Positions 8,825-19,042 of a stretch of DNA of 64,000 bases are shown here, piece by piece (position 1 is the first letter of the stretch; the number at the start of each line of letters is the position of its first letter). This DNA is from an uncultured Spirochaetota bacterium. GTDB lineage: Bacteria > Spirochaetota > Brevinematia > Brevinematales > JAOACQ01. The notes under the pieces were generated by a model that was not told the DNA's origin, searched no databases, and worked only from the letters and a program-made list of their open reading frames with translations. Both the position numbers and the translations under genes were made by a program. The stretch covers positions 544,001 to 608,000 of the forward strand of contig CAWAOD010000005.1 in the NCBI GenBank assembly GCA_963783575.1. Reading direction: 5' to 3'.

Positions 8825-11014
8825 TTATTGAACTTTAAGTAATTTCATCAATTTTCTCATGTTTTCAATATTCCATTCATCTTCAGGTTTATATTTAATG
8901 TATTTGGATAAGTTATTTAATGTGTTGCTGTATCTGGATTTGAATTCTGAATTATTAATACTGTTTGATTGCGCTTCTTCGATTAAATAGTGTATATATT
9001 CCTTTACATTTTGTTGCGCCTGATCCGATAAATACCAGCCTACAGGAACTTCTTCCCCGCTGAATAAAAGATTCAATTCGATAACTTTGGATTTTCCAAG
9101 TAAGTTTTTAAGTACCGATGTCGAATATGGAGTTCTAGACATCCATGTATTAAAGAAAGTCAGAATCGGCTGTGTAATCTCGTAACACCACCTGGAAGGT
9201 TTGGTTTTTGTCACGGGATCATTTTTTATAACAATGGCATAAATGTTTTTTGGATTAAAGTTGATCTTGGTTTGATTTGTTTTATCGTTTTGACCGGATT
9301 CATTCTTTAAGATACATGTCAGTATATCAAAAGCCGTTGCAGAACCTGAATTCTCAAAATAACCGCCGTCATCAATATGTCCCCAGATTTTATTTGAGAC
9401 AAAAAGTTTGTCAGGTTCATTGTAAACTCTTGCTGCAGGAGTAATATACGGGAATCTAGCGCTGAGGAATGATGCGGTACTCAGGGGTATGCGGCTGCTG
9501 TAATTGGAAAATTTAGTGTTAAAATCAACACAGTCACTGAACTGTTTGTAGAATGGCAGCGTACTGATAATAACCCTGTTGCCTTTTTCTACTGATGATG
9601 TATTTAAAAATAAGAACGGTAATGAATAAGTTTTTGTTTTAAAGTAATCATCCCAGAGGCTGTAAAATGCATTTGTAAAATAATTGTCACTTCCTTTAAA
9701 AGTGTCCTGCCAGGATGATTCCAGGGCTTTTTCAAGTGCCAAAGCCCTGTCGAAATAGTGTATTGGGAAAGGAAGAAAACGCTGAAGAAAATCAGGATAA
9801 AATAATGAACCGATAACCGGGGATAAAAAGTCTCTTCCAAGTATAGAACCGGACTTTTCGGCAAGGAGGGATTGTTCTTTCTGCTGTGAATTTTCCTTTA
9901 CTAAAGCCAGATAAACCGCTGATCCCAAAGATCCACCCGAAACGCTTGATATTGCGAATACATGTTCGTTTAAACGGCAATAATTTGTATTAGTTATTGA
10001 CAGATCCTGCAGACTTGACAGCAGATATGAGGACCAATAAGCGGACCGCATTCCTCCGCCTTCAACGGCAATAATGAAAATGTTATTTGTTTTATTGGAA
10101 GAATATTTATTTGTGAAATTATTATTTTCATATTCGAACCAATTCTTAAAAAAAATGTCAAAATTAATTTTTGCTTTATTATTTTGCATATCCTGTGAAA
10201 AATTATATGCCGGATTGATATTTTGTTTTTTGGGGAGTAATTTGATCCAGTGGTTATTATTTACATAACTGCATAAAACGAATAATATAACCGCGATTGC
10301 AAAGACAGGTATTGACTTATATTTTTTTAGATAAATAAGTATAACAAAAGTTGAAGTAAAAAAAGCCAGGAATGAAACAATAATGGCATCGGTTCCGAAA
10401 AATTGTGGATCGGAAACCTTGCTGATAATAAAAAGGATCATAAAAAAGATAAATACAGCTATCGATAAAAAATCATACCCCCACATATTCATAATTTCCT
10501 TAAATGAGCCTTGAATAAAATACGCTTCATCCTGGATCTTCCTTTTTATATCAATACTTTTAAAAATTCTTCTTCTGATTATCACAAATACAAAAAATAT
10601 AATTAGTAAAATCAGGTTTATTATAAGAAATAATATCAAATATTTTGATGAGTTATCTTTATTATTGGAAAAAATAAAGGCAAATGAAATTATTAAAAAA
10701 ATAAAAGCTCCATAAAACCTCGGCAGCCATTTTTGGAAAAATCTATGAGCTTTCTTATTTTTTGGTTTAAATTCCGTAAAATCAAATAATGACCTGGAGC
10801 TATACCAAGTCTGTATTGCCCAGAATACTGCAAGTATCTGAAAAATGAAAAACTTAAACTTGAATCCACTGTATAAAATTTCCCTGGTAACATCTCTTAT
10901 CTGGTCAATATCCCAGAATATTATACACCCCATTATTATCATTATGATGATAAAAGTACTTTTTCTTAATAAATAAATTAATTCAATTGACCAGGTTTTT
11001 AGAATATTAAACAT
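8825..11014 (-). CDS. Membrane-anchored patatin-like phospholipase
   Basis: N-terminal multi-TM region; EGGGMRSA oxyanion motif, SSVSGGS nucleophile elbow, SARFPY, DGGYFENSG. Confidence 0.85.
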   Translation of the reverse strand: MFNILKTWSIELIYLLRKSTFIIIMIIMGCIIFWDIDQIRDVTREILYSGFKFKFFIFQILAVFWAIQTWYSSRSLFDFTEFKPKNKKAHRFFQKWLPRFYGAFIFLIISFAFIFSNNKDNSSKYLILFLIINLILLIIFFVFVIIRRRIFKSIDIKRKIQDEAYFIQGSFKEIMNMWGYDFLSIAVFIFFMILFIISKVSDPQFFGTDAIIVSFLAFFTSTFVILIYLKKYKSIPVFAIAVILFVLCSYVNNNHWIKLLPKKQNINPAYNFSQDMQNNKAKINFDIFFKNWFEYENNNFTNKYSSNKTNNIFIIAVEGGGMRSAYWSSYLLSSLQDLSITNTNYCRLNEHVFAISSVSGGSLGSAVYLALVKENSQQKEQSLLAEKSGSILGRDFLSPVIGSLFYPDFLQRFLPFPIHYFDRALALEKALESSWQDTFKGSDNYFTNAFYSLWDDYFKTKTYSLPFLFLNTSSVEKGNRVIISTLPFYKQFSDCVDFNTKFSNYSSRIPLSTASFLSARFPYITPAARVYNEPDKLFVSNKIWGHIDDGGYFENSGSATAFDILTCILKNESGQNDKTNQTKINFNPKNIYAIVIKNDPVTKTKPSRWCYEITQPILTFFNTWMSRTPYSTSVLKNLLGKSKVIELNLLFSGEEVPVGWYLSDQAQQNVKEYIHYLIEEAQSNSINNSEFKSRYSNTLNNLSKYIKYKPEDEWNIENMRKLMKLLKVQ

Positions 11015-11657
11015 ATAGCCTCCGGTTATTTGATTATTTATTAATGAATTACAGTTATTTGCATTGTATAAAATATTTAATAAAATAATTTATGAATATA
11101 TCGGATAACTATATTTATATCTTAAAACATTATTCAAATTTAAATGATCTCAAACATAAAAACTTAAAATCAGAAATAATTCTTTGTTGTAATGATTATA
11201 AAACTTTTTTGATTTTTGGTAATGTGAATATTACATGAGAAAAAATATTTTGGATGATAAATTTATTTACTATATTTGTTACTTACACACAAGTATGGAT
11301 TTGTAAATCAGTATATTAGTCAACTCCTTTTTAGTCAGATAAACCATAATTTAAGATGATTATTATTTGTTATTTATTTTTTTTTTCTTTATCATAGAAT
11401 TATAGGAATAAAGAAACTGCTAATACAAATTTAAAATTAGTTTTTGTTATAGGTAAAATTTTTTGGAACCTGTAGTGAAACCAAAAGAAGGGAATGCAAT
11501 CTGAAATTTCTTTTCACTGCGAATGATACCAAATTACTTTATTTAAGGCGATAATTACTGAGACATATTCCGGCTCTTCCGGTAAGGCTAAGCGCGTTTT
11601 AATTTAAAAACAATACTGATTTTACTTAGAACTTGGCTATAAGTATGAGGATATCAA

Positions 11658-13181
11658 ATGAGTTCAAATAATGAAAATTTTATCCTGGAAATTGACGGTG
11701 TATCAAAGTATTATGACGGTGTTAACGCCATAGATGACATCTCTTTAAAAATACATTATAATGAGGTTCATGCTATCGTCGGTGAAAACGGAGCCGGGAA
11801 ATCCACTCTTATGAAGATAATCGGCGGTATTATATTGCGCGATAGAGGCAGAATAAAATTTCTGGGCAAAGAAGTTAATTTTCAAAAACCTTCCGATGCA
11901 ATAGCCGCCGGCATTTCGTTTATTCATCAGGAGCTTTCACTGGTTTCTACACTTAGTGTTATGATAAATATATTTATGAATCACATCCCGGGTTGGTTCG
12001 GAATTATACGCATAAACGAACTTGAAAAAAAAGTCGGCACAATAATGGAAAAGGTGGGATTGAATATTAACCCCCATATTCTGGTGAAAGACCTGAGTTT
12101 TTCCCAGCGCCAGCTTGTCGAGGTAGCTAAGGCTATTTCTTTAAACAGCCGTCTTATAATAATGGATGAACCCAATTCAACTCTGACAGAAAAGGAGACT
12201 GAGCGCTTGTTCCAGCTCATTGATGAGCTGAAAAAAATGGGTGTTTCCATTATTTATGTTTCGCATAAAATTGAAGAAGTATTAAAGATATCCGACAGGA
12301 TCAGCGTCCTGAGGGACGGGAGATATGTTGGAACACTTGATAAGAAGAACGCCAATCTGGACATGATTATCCAAATGATGATTGGAAGGAATTTGATGTA
12401 TTCCACTCTATCAGGCACTTATAAAAAGGGACCTGTCCTCCTTGAAGTGCATGAACTGACAGGGAAAAAGTTTAAGAATGTAAGTTTCACTTTGCGCGCG
12501 GGTGAAATCCTCGGATTCGCCGGGCTGGTCGGCGCGGGAAGAAGCGAGGTTGCTAGGGCGATATTCGGTGATGAACCTTATCATTCCGGTTATATAATTT
12601 ATGAAAATAAGAGGATTAAGTTTAAATCACCGAAAGAAGCAATTAAGAACGGCATTGTCATGGTTCAGGAGGACAGAAAGGACTTATCTCTTTTTATAGA
12701 TCTTTCAGTCGATCTGAATATGTCAATTACAAAACTTCCTGAAATCAGCCGGGGCGGAATTATTGCCCGCACGCAACTTTATGATACATTGAATGAAATG
12801 GTGCATAGGCTGAATATCAAACTGAATTATTATGGAGATCCGATCTCAAGGCTTTCCGGAGGTAATCAGCAAAAAGCAGTACTGGCACGCTGGCTGGCGA
12901 TGAATCCAAAGCTTCTCATTCTGGATGAACCGACCCATGGCATCGATATCGGTGTAAAACTTGAAATCTACCAGCTTATACATAAGCTGGCGAGGAAAGG
13001 TATCGGTATTATTCTTGTATCATCCGAACTTCCTGAAATAATGATGATGGCGGACAGGGTGATAGTCATGAGGGACGGCCATATCACCGGTATACTTGAA
13101 GAAGACCAGATCGCTGAGGATGCGATAATGACCTACGCAACATATGATTCAGTGCATGAAAAGCAGATGTGCACAACATAG
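11658..13181 (+). CDS. Monosaccharide ABC transporter ATP-binding protein (RbsA/MglA-like, two NBDs)
   Basis: GENGAGKST Walker A, LSGGNQQK signature, DEPTHGIDIG. Confidence 0.93.
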   Translation: MSSNNENFILEIDGVSKYYDGVNAIDDISLKIHYNEVHAIVGENGAGKSTLMKIIGGIILRDRGRIKFLGKEVNFQKPSDAIAAGISFIHQELSLVSTLSVMINIFMNHIPGWFGIIRINELEKKVGTIMEKVGLNINPHILVKDLSFSQRQLVEVAKAISLNSRLIIMDEPNSTLTEKETERLFQLIDELKKMGVSIIYVSHKIEEVLKISDRISVLRDGRYVGTLDKKNANLDMIIQMMIGRNLMYSTLSGTYKKGPVLLEVHELTGKKFKNVSFTLRAGEILGFAGLVGAGRSEVARAIFGDEPYHSGYIIYENKRIKFKSPKEAIKNGIVMVQEDRKDLSLFIDLSVDLNMSITKLPEISRGGIIARTQLYDTLNEMVHRLNIKLNYYGDPISRLSGGNQQKAVLARWLAMNPKLLILDEPTHGIDIGVKLEIYQLIHKLARKGIGIILVSSELPEIMMMADRVIVMRDGHITGILEEDQIAEDAIMTYATYDSVHEKQMCTT

Positions 13182-13435
13182 ATACGTTCCGCTACGGTTC
13201 GACAGAGCCTGCCGAACCATCAGGGCAGGCGCTGTTCACCAGCCGCGCATAGATGCGCATAAGCCAGAAGTGGAGCATAGATACTCCATGAGGGCTCTTC
13301 AAGCAACATAAAGACAGTGGTGAACGAAAGTTCGCCAAGCCCAAGTCATATAGGGAACAAGGATGTTCCATGAGAGTTTTACTTTTACAATGCAAATAGT
13401 GGCGAACGCTAGTTCGCCAAGCGCCACTATGGCGC
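13175..13435. repeat. GC-rich structured non-coding element with an 82-nt-period duplicated two-hairpin module (REP-like or ncRNA)
   Basis: Hairpins GGAGCATAGATACTCC (13272) / GGAACAAGGATGTTCC (13354) and TGGTGAAC-GAAA-GTTCGCCA (13318) / TGGCGAAC-GCTA-GTTCGCCA (13400), plus GCGCATAGATGCGC and GCCTGCC/GGCAGGC stems. Confidence 0.7.
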
Positions 13436-13527
13436 AGGGTCACGCTTATTAAAAATATGTATTAAATGAAACGCAATTTTATTGCGATAATTAGTCAATT
13501 AATTGTATAATCAATATAGATTCATCT

Positions 13528-14765
13528 ATGAAAACCAATCAAATAAAAGAATTTTCTCTTGACAGCGATAAGTTTTTAGAGCAGGTTGAAATTGTCAAGG
13601 ACATGTATTACAGGGAATTCGGAATAAAATCTATCCTGGTTGACCGGAACGCATATATAGTCAGGGAAGATTCCGAATCCTGGTGTTGCAAAGATTATTA
13701 TTGCCAAAACAAGGAAAACTGCTTGAAAGATCACAGCATCGTTCTAAAGGAATCGCTGCAATGGGGCGGGAATTTCTTTTACTGCTGCCACAAGGGATTT
13801 GTACTCTGGAGCGTACCGTTATTGATTGAAGGTGAGTTTCATGGAGGATTGATTGCCGGATTTTGCTTATTTGAACAGGATAAGGATATCAGCAGGGAAA
13901 GGGAATACAGGGAGTCTTTAATACGGCCGAAAAAATAAAATATATCAATCCTGCAAATTTAAACTATACCATAAACTTCTTTTCACTATTGGCTGGAAAA
14001 TACGGAGTTTCAGATATCAATTACCTCCTGACACTTCATAAAAAATATTATGTTCAGAAAGAAATATCCGAGAAGGTCGCCAATAAAAAGAACCATAAAA
14101 CTCAATATGAAAATCTTTTTTCAGACAAACTCAATAAGTTTTTGGCTTCCTTTAAAATTGCCGATGCCGATGAGATTAAAACTAATTTGAACAATGTCCT
14201 GAGCGAAATATATCATGAATCGATTAATGATATGGGTATACTGAAATTCCGCATGCTTGAGCTTTTTGTACTTATATCCAGGGCATTGGTCGAACAGGGA
14301 GACAGGCCCGAAAAATACTATGAAATGACTAAAGAATATATAAAGAAATCCGAGGAACTGTCCGATGTCTTTTCCTTCTCATTATGGATTACTGATCTAA
14401 TCGATGGGATTATGAAAGATATCCTGGAAAAAAGGAATAATCTTAACCGGATAAAAATGGAAAATGCCATAGCCTATGCGGTGAAAAATATTGATAAAAA
14501 TATAACACCAGCAAATGCGGCTGCCTTCATCGGATTTTCCGAATCAAAATTTTCCCATCTCTTTACAGAAGAGTTTGGAATACCCTTTTCAAAATATATT
14601 ATGAATTTGAGAATGGAAGAGGCTAAAAAAATACTCAATACCACATCCGAAAGCATTACGATTGTAGCATCAAGCCTTGGTTTTTATGATCAGAGCCATT
14701 TCACCAGGATTTTTAAGCAATTTACGGGTTTTACGCCAAAGGAATACAAAAAAAAGCAACAATAA
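13528..14765 (+). pseudogene. PocR sensor domain + AraC HTH regulator, split by a -1 frameshift near 13884-13938 (possibly an assembly error)
   Basis: First ORF is PocR-like (YCCHKGFVLWSVPL..GEFHGGLIAG); second ORF has an AraC HTH (LGFYDQSHFTRIFKQFTGFTPKEY). The second frame is open from 13884, and adding one A to the A6 run at 13930-13935 fuses them. Confidence 0.8.
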
Positions 14766-14963
14766 TCTCAAAAGAACTTTCTTTAAAAATTTCCACTTTT
14801 TTATTTTTTTGCACTGATGTACAAAAAAAAAGCAGAAATTTACTATACTGTTTAGATCATTTAAACCTAAAATCTATCCGCTATCTTTTATGAAAGGATA
14901 ATAAGTATAAAGTTTTTAGATAAAATTATCAGACATTTAATACTTATTAAATATCATTTAAAA

Positions 14964-15006
14964 TTTAGTTTACTTATTTGACATAAAATTAAAAAAATGT
15001 TAAGAT
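14964..15006 (+). promoter_or_regulatory. Promoter of the sugar ABC operon with overlapping ROK/XylR-like operator
   Basis: TTGACA(14978)-17 nt-TAAGAT with extended -10 TG; overlapped by TTAGTTTACTTATTTGACATAAAAT, which resembles Firmicute XylR boxes. Confidence 0.6.
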
Positions 15007-15072
15007 TAGCTTCTTTAAAAATCGAAATTCAAAAATATTCATGTATATAAATTCTTAAAGGAGGAATATATT

Positions 15073-16149
15073 ATGAAGAAGAGAATTCTCGTAGTAGTAG
15101 CTGTTCTAGTAGCAGCTTTCGGTCTTTCTTATGCAGCCGATTATATCGGTATTGCAATGCCGGAAACCCATGTTGAAAGATGGGTAAAAGATGGCGCAGC
15201 TCTGAAAGCTGATGCAATTGCCAAAGGTTACAAGGCTGATGACACTTATGCTGATGCTGACCAGGGCACACAGAATAAGCAGATCGAAGATATGCTTACA
15301 AAAGGTGCAAAGCTTCTTGTTATTGCAGACATTAACGAAGGTGTTGATCCTGTAGTAGCTGAAGCTGCTAAAGAAAAGGTAACCGTTATTGCTTATGACC
15401 GTATGATTACCGGTTCGGCTGATTATGACTATTATATTACCTTTGATAACTTCCAGGTTGGAGTATTCCAGGGTAAAGCCATTGAAGAAGCTCTCAATCT
15501 TCCTAAGGCTGCAAAGTCTCATCCAAAGATCATTACCCTTTTCTCAGGTTCTCCTACAGACAACAATGCAAAGGTATTCTTTGACGGCGCAATGAGCATT
15601 CTCGCTCCTTATGTTACAAAAGGAGTCGTTAAGCTTGTTGGACCAGCTCCTCTTAAATCTTCAGACGCTTCTTGGATGAAGATCACAACAGAAAACTGGC
15701 ATGCAGATGTTGCTAAAACCCGTATGGAAAATCTTCTGAACAATGAAGCTGCAAAAGTTGTTCTCGATGCAGTTCTTGCTCCGAACGACACCCTTTCCCG
15801 CGCTATTCAGGAAGCATGCGCTGCTGATGCGAAATATGTAAAAAAACTTCCTATTATAACAGGACAAGACGGCGAAGTTGCTTCTATAGCAGCTATCCGC
15901 GATGGAAAACAGTATATGACAGTATTTAAGGATACACGTCAGCTTGCTACAGCTACTATTGTACTTGCAGACGCTTTACTGAAAGGTCAGACCCCTGCTA
16001 TCGAAGGTGCTCGTCTTGACACAACATCCTACAATACCGGAAAGAAATTTGTTAAAGCTTATCTCCTTAAACCTATTAATGTAACAAAAGAAAATTGGAA
16101 AGCAGTTATGATCGACAGCGGATATTACAAATTAGAAGATATCAAATAG
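15073..16149 (+). CDS. chvE: Multiple-monosaccharide/xylose ABC substrate-binding protein (ChvE/XylF-like)
   Basis: Signal peptide; IGIAMP..ERWVKDG, IAYDRMI, YYITFDNFQVG, GSPTDNNA, ITGQD, MTVFKDTRQLA. Confidence 0.88.
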   Translation: MKKRILVVVAVLVAAFGLSYAADYIGIAMPETHVERWVKDGAALKADAIAKGYKADDTYADADQGTQNKQIEDMLTKGAKLLVIADINEGVDPVVAEAAKEKVTVIAYDRMITGSADYDYYITFDNFQVGVFQGKAIEEALNLPKAAKSHPKIITLFSGSPTDNNAKVFFDGAMSILAPYVTKGVVKLVGPAPLKSSDASWMKITTENWHADVAKTRMENLLNNEAAKVVLDAVLAPNDTLSRAIQEACAADAKYVKKLPIITGQDGEVASIAAIRDGKQYMTVFKDTRQLATATIVLADALLKGQTPAIEGARLDTTSYNTGKKFVKAYLLKPINVTKENWKAVMIDSGYYKLEDIK

Positions 16150-16166
16150 TTTATTATCGATTTGAC

Positions 16167-16205
16167 CGGGTCAACCCAAAGCTGGGTTGACCCGCTTTGT
16201 TTTTA
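16167..16205 (+). terminator. Intra-operon stem-loop/terminator after SBP gene
   Basis: CGGGTCAACCCA-AAGC-TGGGTTGACCCG followed by a T-rich tract. Confidence 0.8.
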
Positions 16206-16229
16206 TAATTTTAGACAGAGGATACTACA

Positions 16230-17771
16230 ATGAGTGAATATTTATTGGAGATTCAGAAGCTGACTAAAGATTTTCCCGGTGTTCGTGCTTTGGATTCGGT
16301 AAATCTTAAAGTTAGTAAGGGAGAAATACATGCGATTTGCGGAGAAAACGGGGCCGGAAAATCCACATTGATGAGTGTTATAAGTGGTGTCCATCCTAAA
16401 AGTTCTTATGAAGGCAAGGTTTTTTATAAGGGAAAAGAAACACACTATATGAGTGTAAAGGACAGTGAAAAAGAAAATCTTGCTATTATCCATCAGGAAC
16501 TTGCCCTTAGTCCGTATTTATCCATTTACGAAAATATGTTTCTCGGTCATATGAAAACATTTTTGGGTATCATTAACTGGGATAAATATATAATGGAATC
16601 AAAAAAGTATATGGATCAGGTCGGTTTAAAGGAAGCTCCCGGAACGGTTGTAAGTAAACTGGGGGTCGGAAAGCAGCAGCTTGTGGAAATTGCCCGCGCA
16701 CTATCAAAAAAAGTTGAGCTTCTTATTCTTGATGAACCAACATCGTCTCTTAATGACGATGAGAGCGACAAGCTTCTTGATCTTATACTGGAACTGAAAA
16801 AGCAGGGAATTACGTGTATCTTGATATCACATAAGCTCAAGGAATTACTCAAGATCGCCGATTCTGTTTCGGTAATGCGTGATGGAAAATCGATCTCAAA
16901 TTATGATATGAAAAAAGATGCGGTGACCGAATCTATGCTCATAAGGGATATGGTAGGCCGCGATCTTGATACCCGTGTGGAAGGTAATAAAACAGAATTG
17001 GGAGAAAAGGTGCTCGAGGTAAAGAACTGGACCGTATATCATCCCGATTATCATTCCTTAAAAGTTGTCGATAATGTTTCGTTTTATCTGCGTAAGGGTG
17101 AAATCCTAGCTTTCTGCGGGCCGATGGGCGCCGGAAGAACTGAATTGATGATGAGCATTTATGGACAATCTTATGGTTCGAGCTGTAAAGGGGAAATTTA
17201 CCTAAAAGGAAATCGTGTACATACTAATAATCCTAAGATGGCTCTTGACGCGGGTATTGGGTATGTTTCAGAAGACAGAAAGACTCTTGGTCTGATTTTG
17301 ATACAGGATGTCAAAACAAATATTTCACTTTCCAGTTTAAATAAGCTTTCAAGAATGGGGATTGTTTCTTCGCAGGAAGAAATTCTCGCGGCGGAAAAAT
17401 ACCGGGAATCGTTGCGCATTAAGACCCCTTCCATAAATCAGATCGTGCGGAACCTATCCGGCGGAAACCAGCAGAAGGTTGTTTTGAGTAAAACTCTTCT
17501 CGCCAATCCGGATATTTTTATAGTTGACGAGCCGACACGCGGGATCGATGTCGGCGCGAAGTTCGAAATTCATTCTATCCTGAGAGATCTGGTAAAACAG
17601 GGAAAGAGTATTATTGTCATTACATCGGAAATGCCGGAAGCCCTCGGAATAGCGGATCGTATATATGTTATGAACGAAGGTAGGATAAAAGGGATGCTGA
17701 TGCATGAAGAGGCTACACAGGAAAAAATAATGCATATGGCATTACTACATCAGGAGGAAGTAACAGTATGA
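16230..17771 (+). CDS. gguA: Multiple-sugar ABC transporter ATP-binding protein (GguA/MmsA/XylG-like)
   Basis: GENGAGKST, LSGGNQQK, DEPTRGIDVGAK; follows chvE-like gene. Confidence 0.88.
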   Translation: MSEYLLEIQKLTKDFPGVRALDSVNLKVSKGEIHAICGENGAGKSTLMSVISGVHPKSSYEGKVFYKGKETHYMSVKDSEKENLAIIHQELALSPYLSIYENMFLGHMKTFLGIINWDKYIMESKKYMDQVGLKEAPGTVVSKLGVGKQQLVEIARALSKKVELLILDEPTSSLNDDESDKLLDLILELKKQGITCILISHKLKELLKIADSVSVMRDGKSISNYDMKKDAVTESMLIRDMVGRDLDTRVEGNKTELGEKVLEVKNWTVYHPDYHSLKVVDNVSFYLRKGEILAFCGPMGAGRTELMMSIYGQSYGSSCKGEIYLKGNRVHTNNPKMALDAGIGYVSEDRKTLGLILIQDVKTNISLSSLNKLSRMGIVSSQEEILAAEKYRESLRIKTPSINQIVRNLSGGNQQKVVLSKTLLANPDIFIVDEPTRGIDVGAKFEIHSILRDLVKQGKSIIVITSEMPEALGIADRIYVMNEGRIKGMLMHEEATQEKIMHMALLHQEEVTV

Positions 17772-18958
17772 GTAAAAGTCAATCGCAACACACTTCTTTA
17801 GGTACTTTGATGAGAAGTAATCTTCGTAATTATTCAATGTTTATTGTGCTTGCCGTGATTTTGATTTTTTTTGCGTTTGGTACCAATGGAGTCAATCTGA
17901 ATTCCCGTAATATTTCCAATATTTTTATGCAGAACAGTTATGTTCTTCTGCTTGCCATAGGGATGATGATGGTCATCGTTCTCGGGAATATCGATCTTTC
18001 CGTAGGCTCTTTTATCGCCGTGACAGGAGCATTCAGTGCTATGCTTTATAATGCGGGAATCGGTCTTGTCCCAACGGTAATAATAACTATAATCATCGGC
18101 ACTTTAATCGGAGCGTTCCAGGCTTTTTTTATCGCATATTTCAGGATACCCGCGTTTATCGTTACTCTAGCGGGAATGACCGGTTTTCGCGGAGTAGTTT
18201 ATCTTATAACCAAGGTTACCCCGATAGCGATTATTAATGACAATTTTAAGCAGATCACTTCCGGTGTGGCAAATATAGATAGCCTGACCGTTGGCGATGT
18301 ATATTATACAGCGGTAGCTGTGGGCGCCCTGATATTTATTATTTTTATAATTTCCGAAATCATTACCCGCAACAATAAGAAACGTAATAATTTTGAAATA
18401 TTGCCATTAGGATTAGAGATAGCGAAGATAGTTTTATTGGGTCTTTTCATAGGCGCATTGAGCTGGAAGTTTGCTACTTACCGTGGGCTTCCGATAGTTG
18501 TAATCGTATTAGGTGTAACGATAGCGCTCTTTGTGTTTATCACCAATAATACTATTCTCGGACGTTACATATATGCCGTAGGCGGAAATGCGCGTTCCGC
18601 AAAGCTTTCCGGCATCAATACCGAAATGGTTGTATTTGTTGTTCATTGCATCATGGGCGCTCTCTGTGGAATTGCTGGAGTTGTTTTTACGGGATACATG
18701 AATTCTGCGCTGCCCCAGGCTGGGCTTGGTTTCGAGCTTGACGCCATCGCGGCATGTTTTATCGGAGGCGCTTCGACATCCGGCGGCATCGGCACCATTA
18801 TCGGCGCGATAACCGGAGGCCTTGTGATTGCTTCAATCAATAACGGTATGTCTCTGATGGAGTTTGCCGCTCCCTGGCAATATGTGGTAAGGGGTTCTGT
18901 TCTTTTATTGGCTGTTCTTTACGACACATATAACCGCCGCAGATCCGGTTTGGGATGA
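17768..18958 (+). CDS. gguB: Multiple-sugar ABC transporter permease (GguB/MmsB/XylH-like)
   Basis: IDLSVGS, IPAFIVTLAGM, GRYIYAVGGN, FELDAIAACFIGG; ATGA overlap with ATPase. Confidence 0.88.
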   Translation: MSKSQSQHTSLGTLMRSNLRNYSMFIVLAVILIFFAFGTNGVNLNSRNISNIFMQNSYVLLLAIGMMMVIVLGNIDLSVGSFIAVTGAFSAMLYNAGIGLVPTVIITIIIGTLIGAFQAFFIAYFRIPAFIVTLAGMTGFRGVVYLITKVTPIAIINDNFKQITSGVANIDSLTVGDVYYTAVAVGALIFIIFIISEIITRNNKKRNNFEILPLGLEIAKIVLLGLFIGALSWKFATYRGLPIVVIVLGVTIALFVFITNNTILGRYIYAVGGNARSAKLSGINTEMVVFVVHCIMGALCGIAGVVFTGYMNSALPQAGLGFELDAIAACFIGGASTSGGIGTIIGAITGGLVIASINNGMSLMEFAAPWQYVVRGSVLLLAVLYDTYNRRRSGLG

Positions 18959-18976
18959 TTTTCTATCTAATGATAT

Positions 18977-19020
18977 AATTAAAATACCCGCGTTCATAAT
19001 AGAATGCGGGTATTTTAATT
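18977..19020. terminator. Bidirectional intrinsic terminator
   Basis: AATTAAAATACCCGCGTTC-ATAATA-GAATGCGGGTATTTTAATT between convergent genes. Confidence 0.85.
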
Positions 19021-19042
19021 TAATATTTTATGGAATATACTT

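Noticed and set aside
11470..11600. Cobalamin or glycine riboswitch upstream of the ATPase (AGGGAATGC...TGAAATT)
   Set aside because: Lacks the downstream CCCGC/ACTGT and B12-box elements, and lacks glycine aptamer motifs.
13175..13435. CRISPR mini-array
   Set aside because: Only two imperfect modules built from two different hairpins, with no identical repeats and no cas genes in the window.
13192..13443. 83-aa minus-strand ORF as a protein-coding gene
   Set aside because: Coincides with the hairpin-rich element and has no RBS or recognisable motif; better explained as non-coding.
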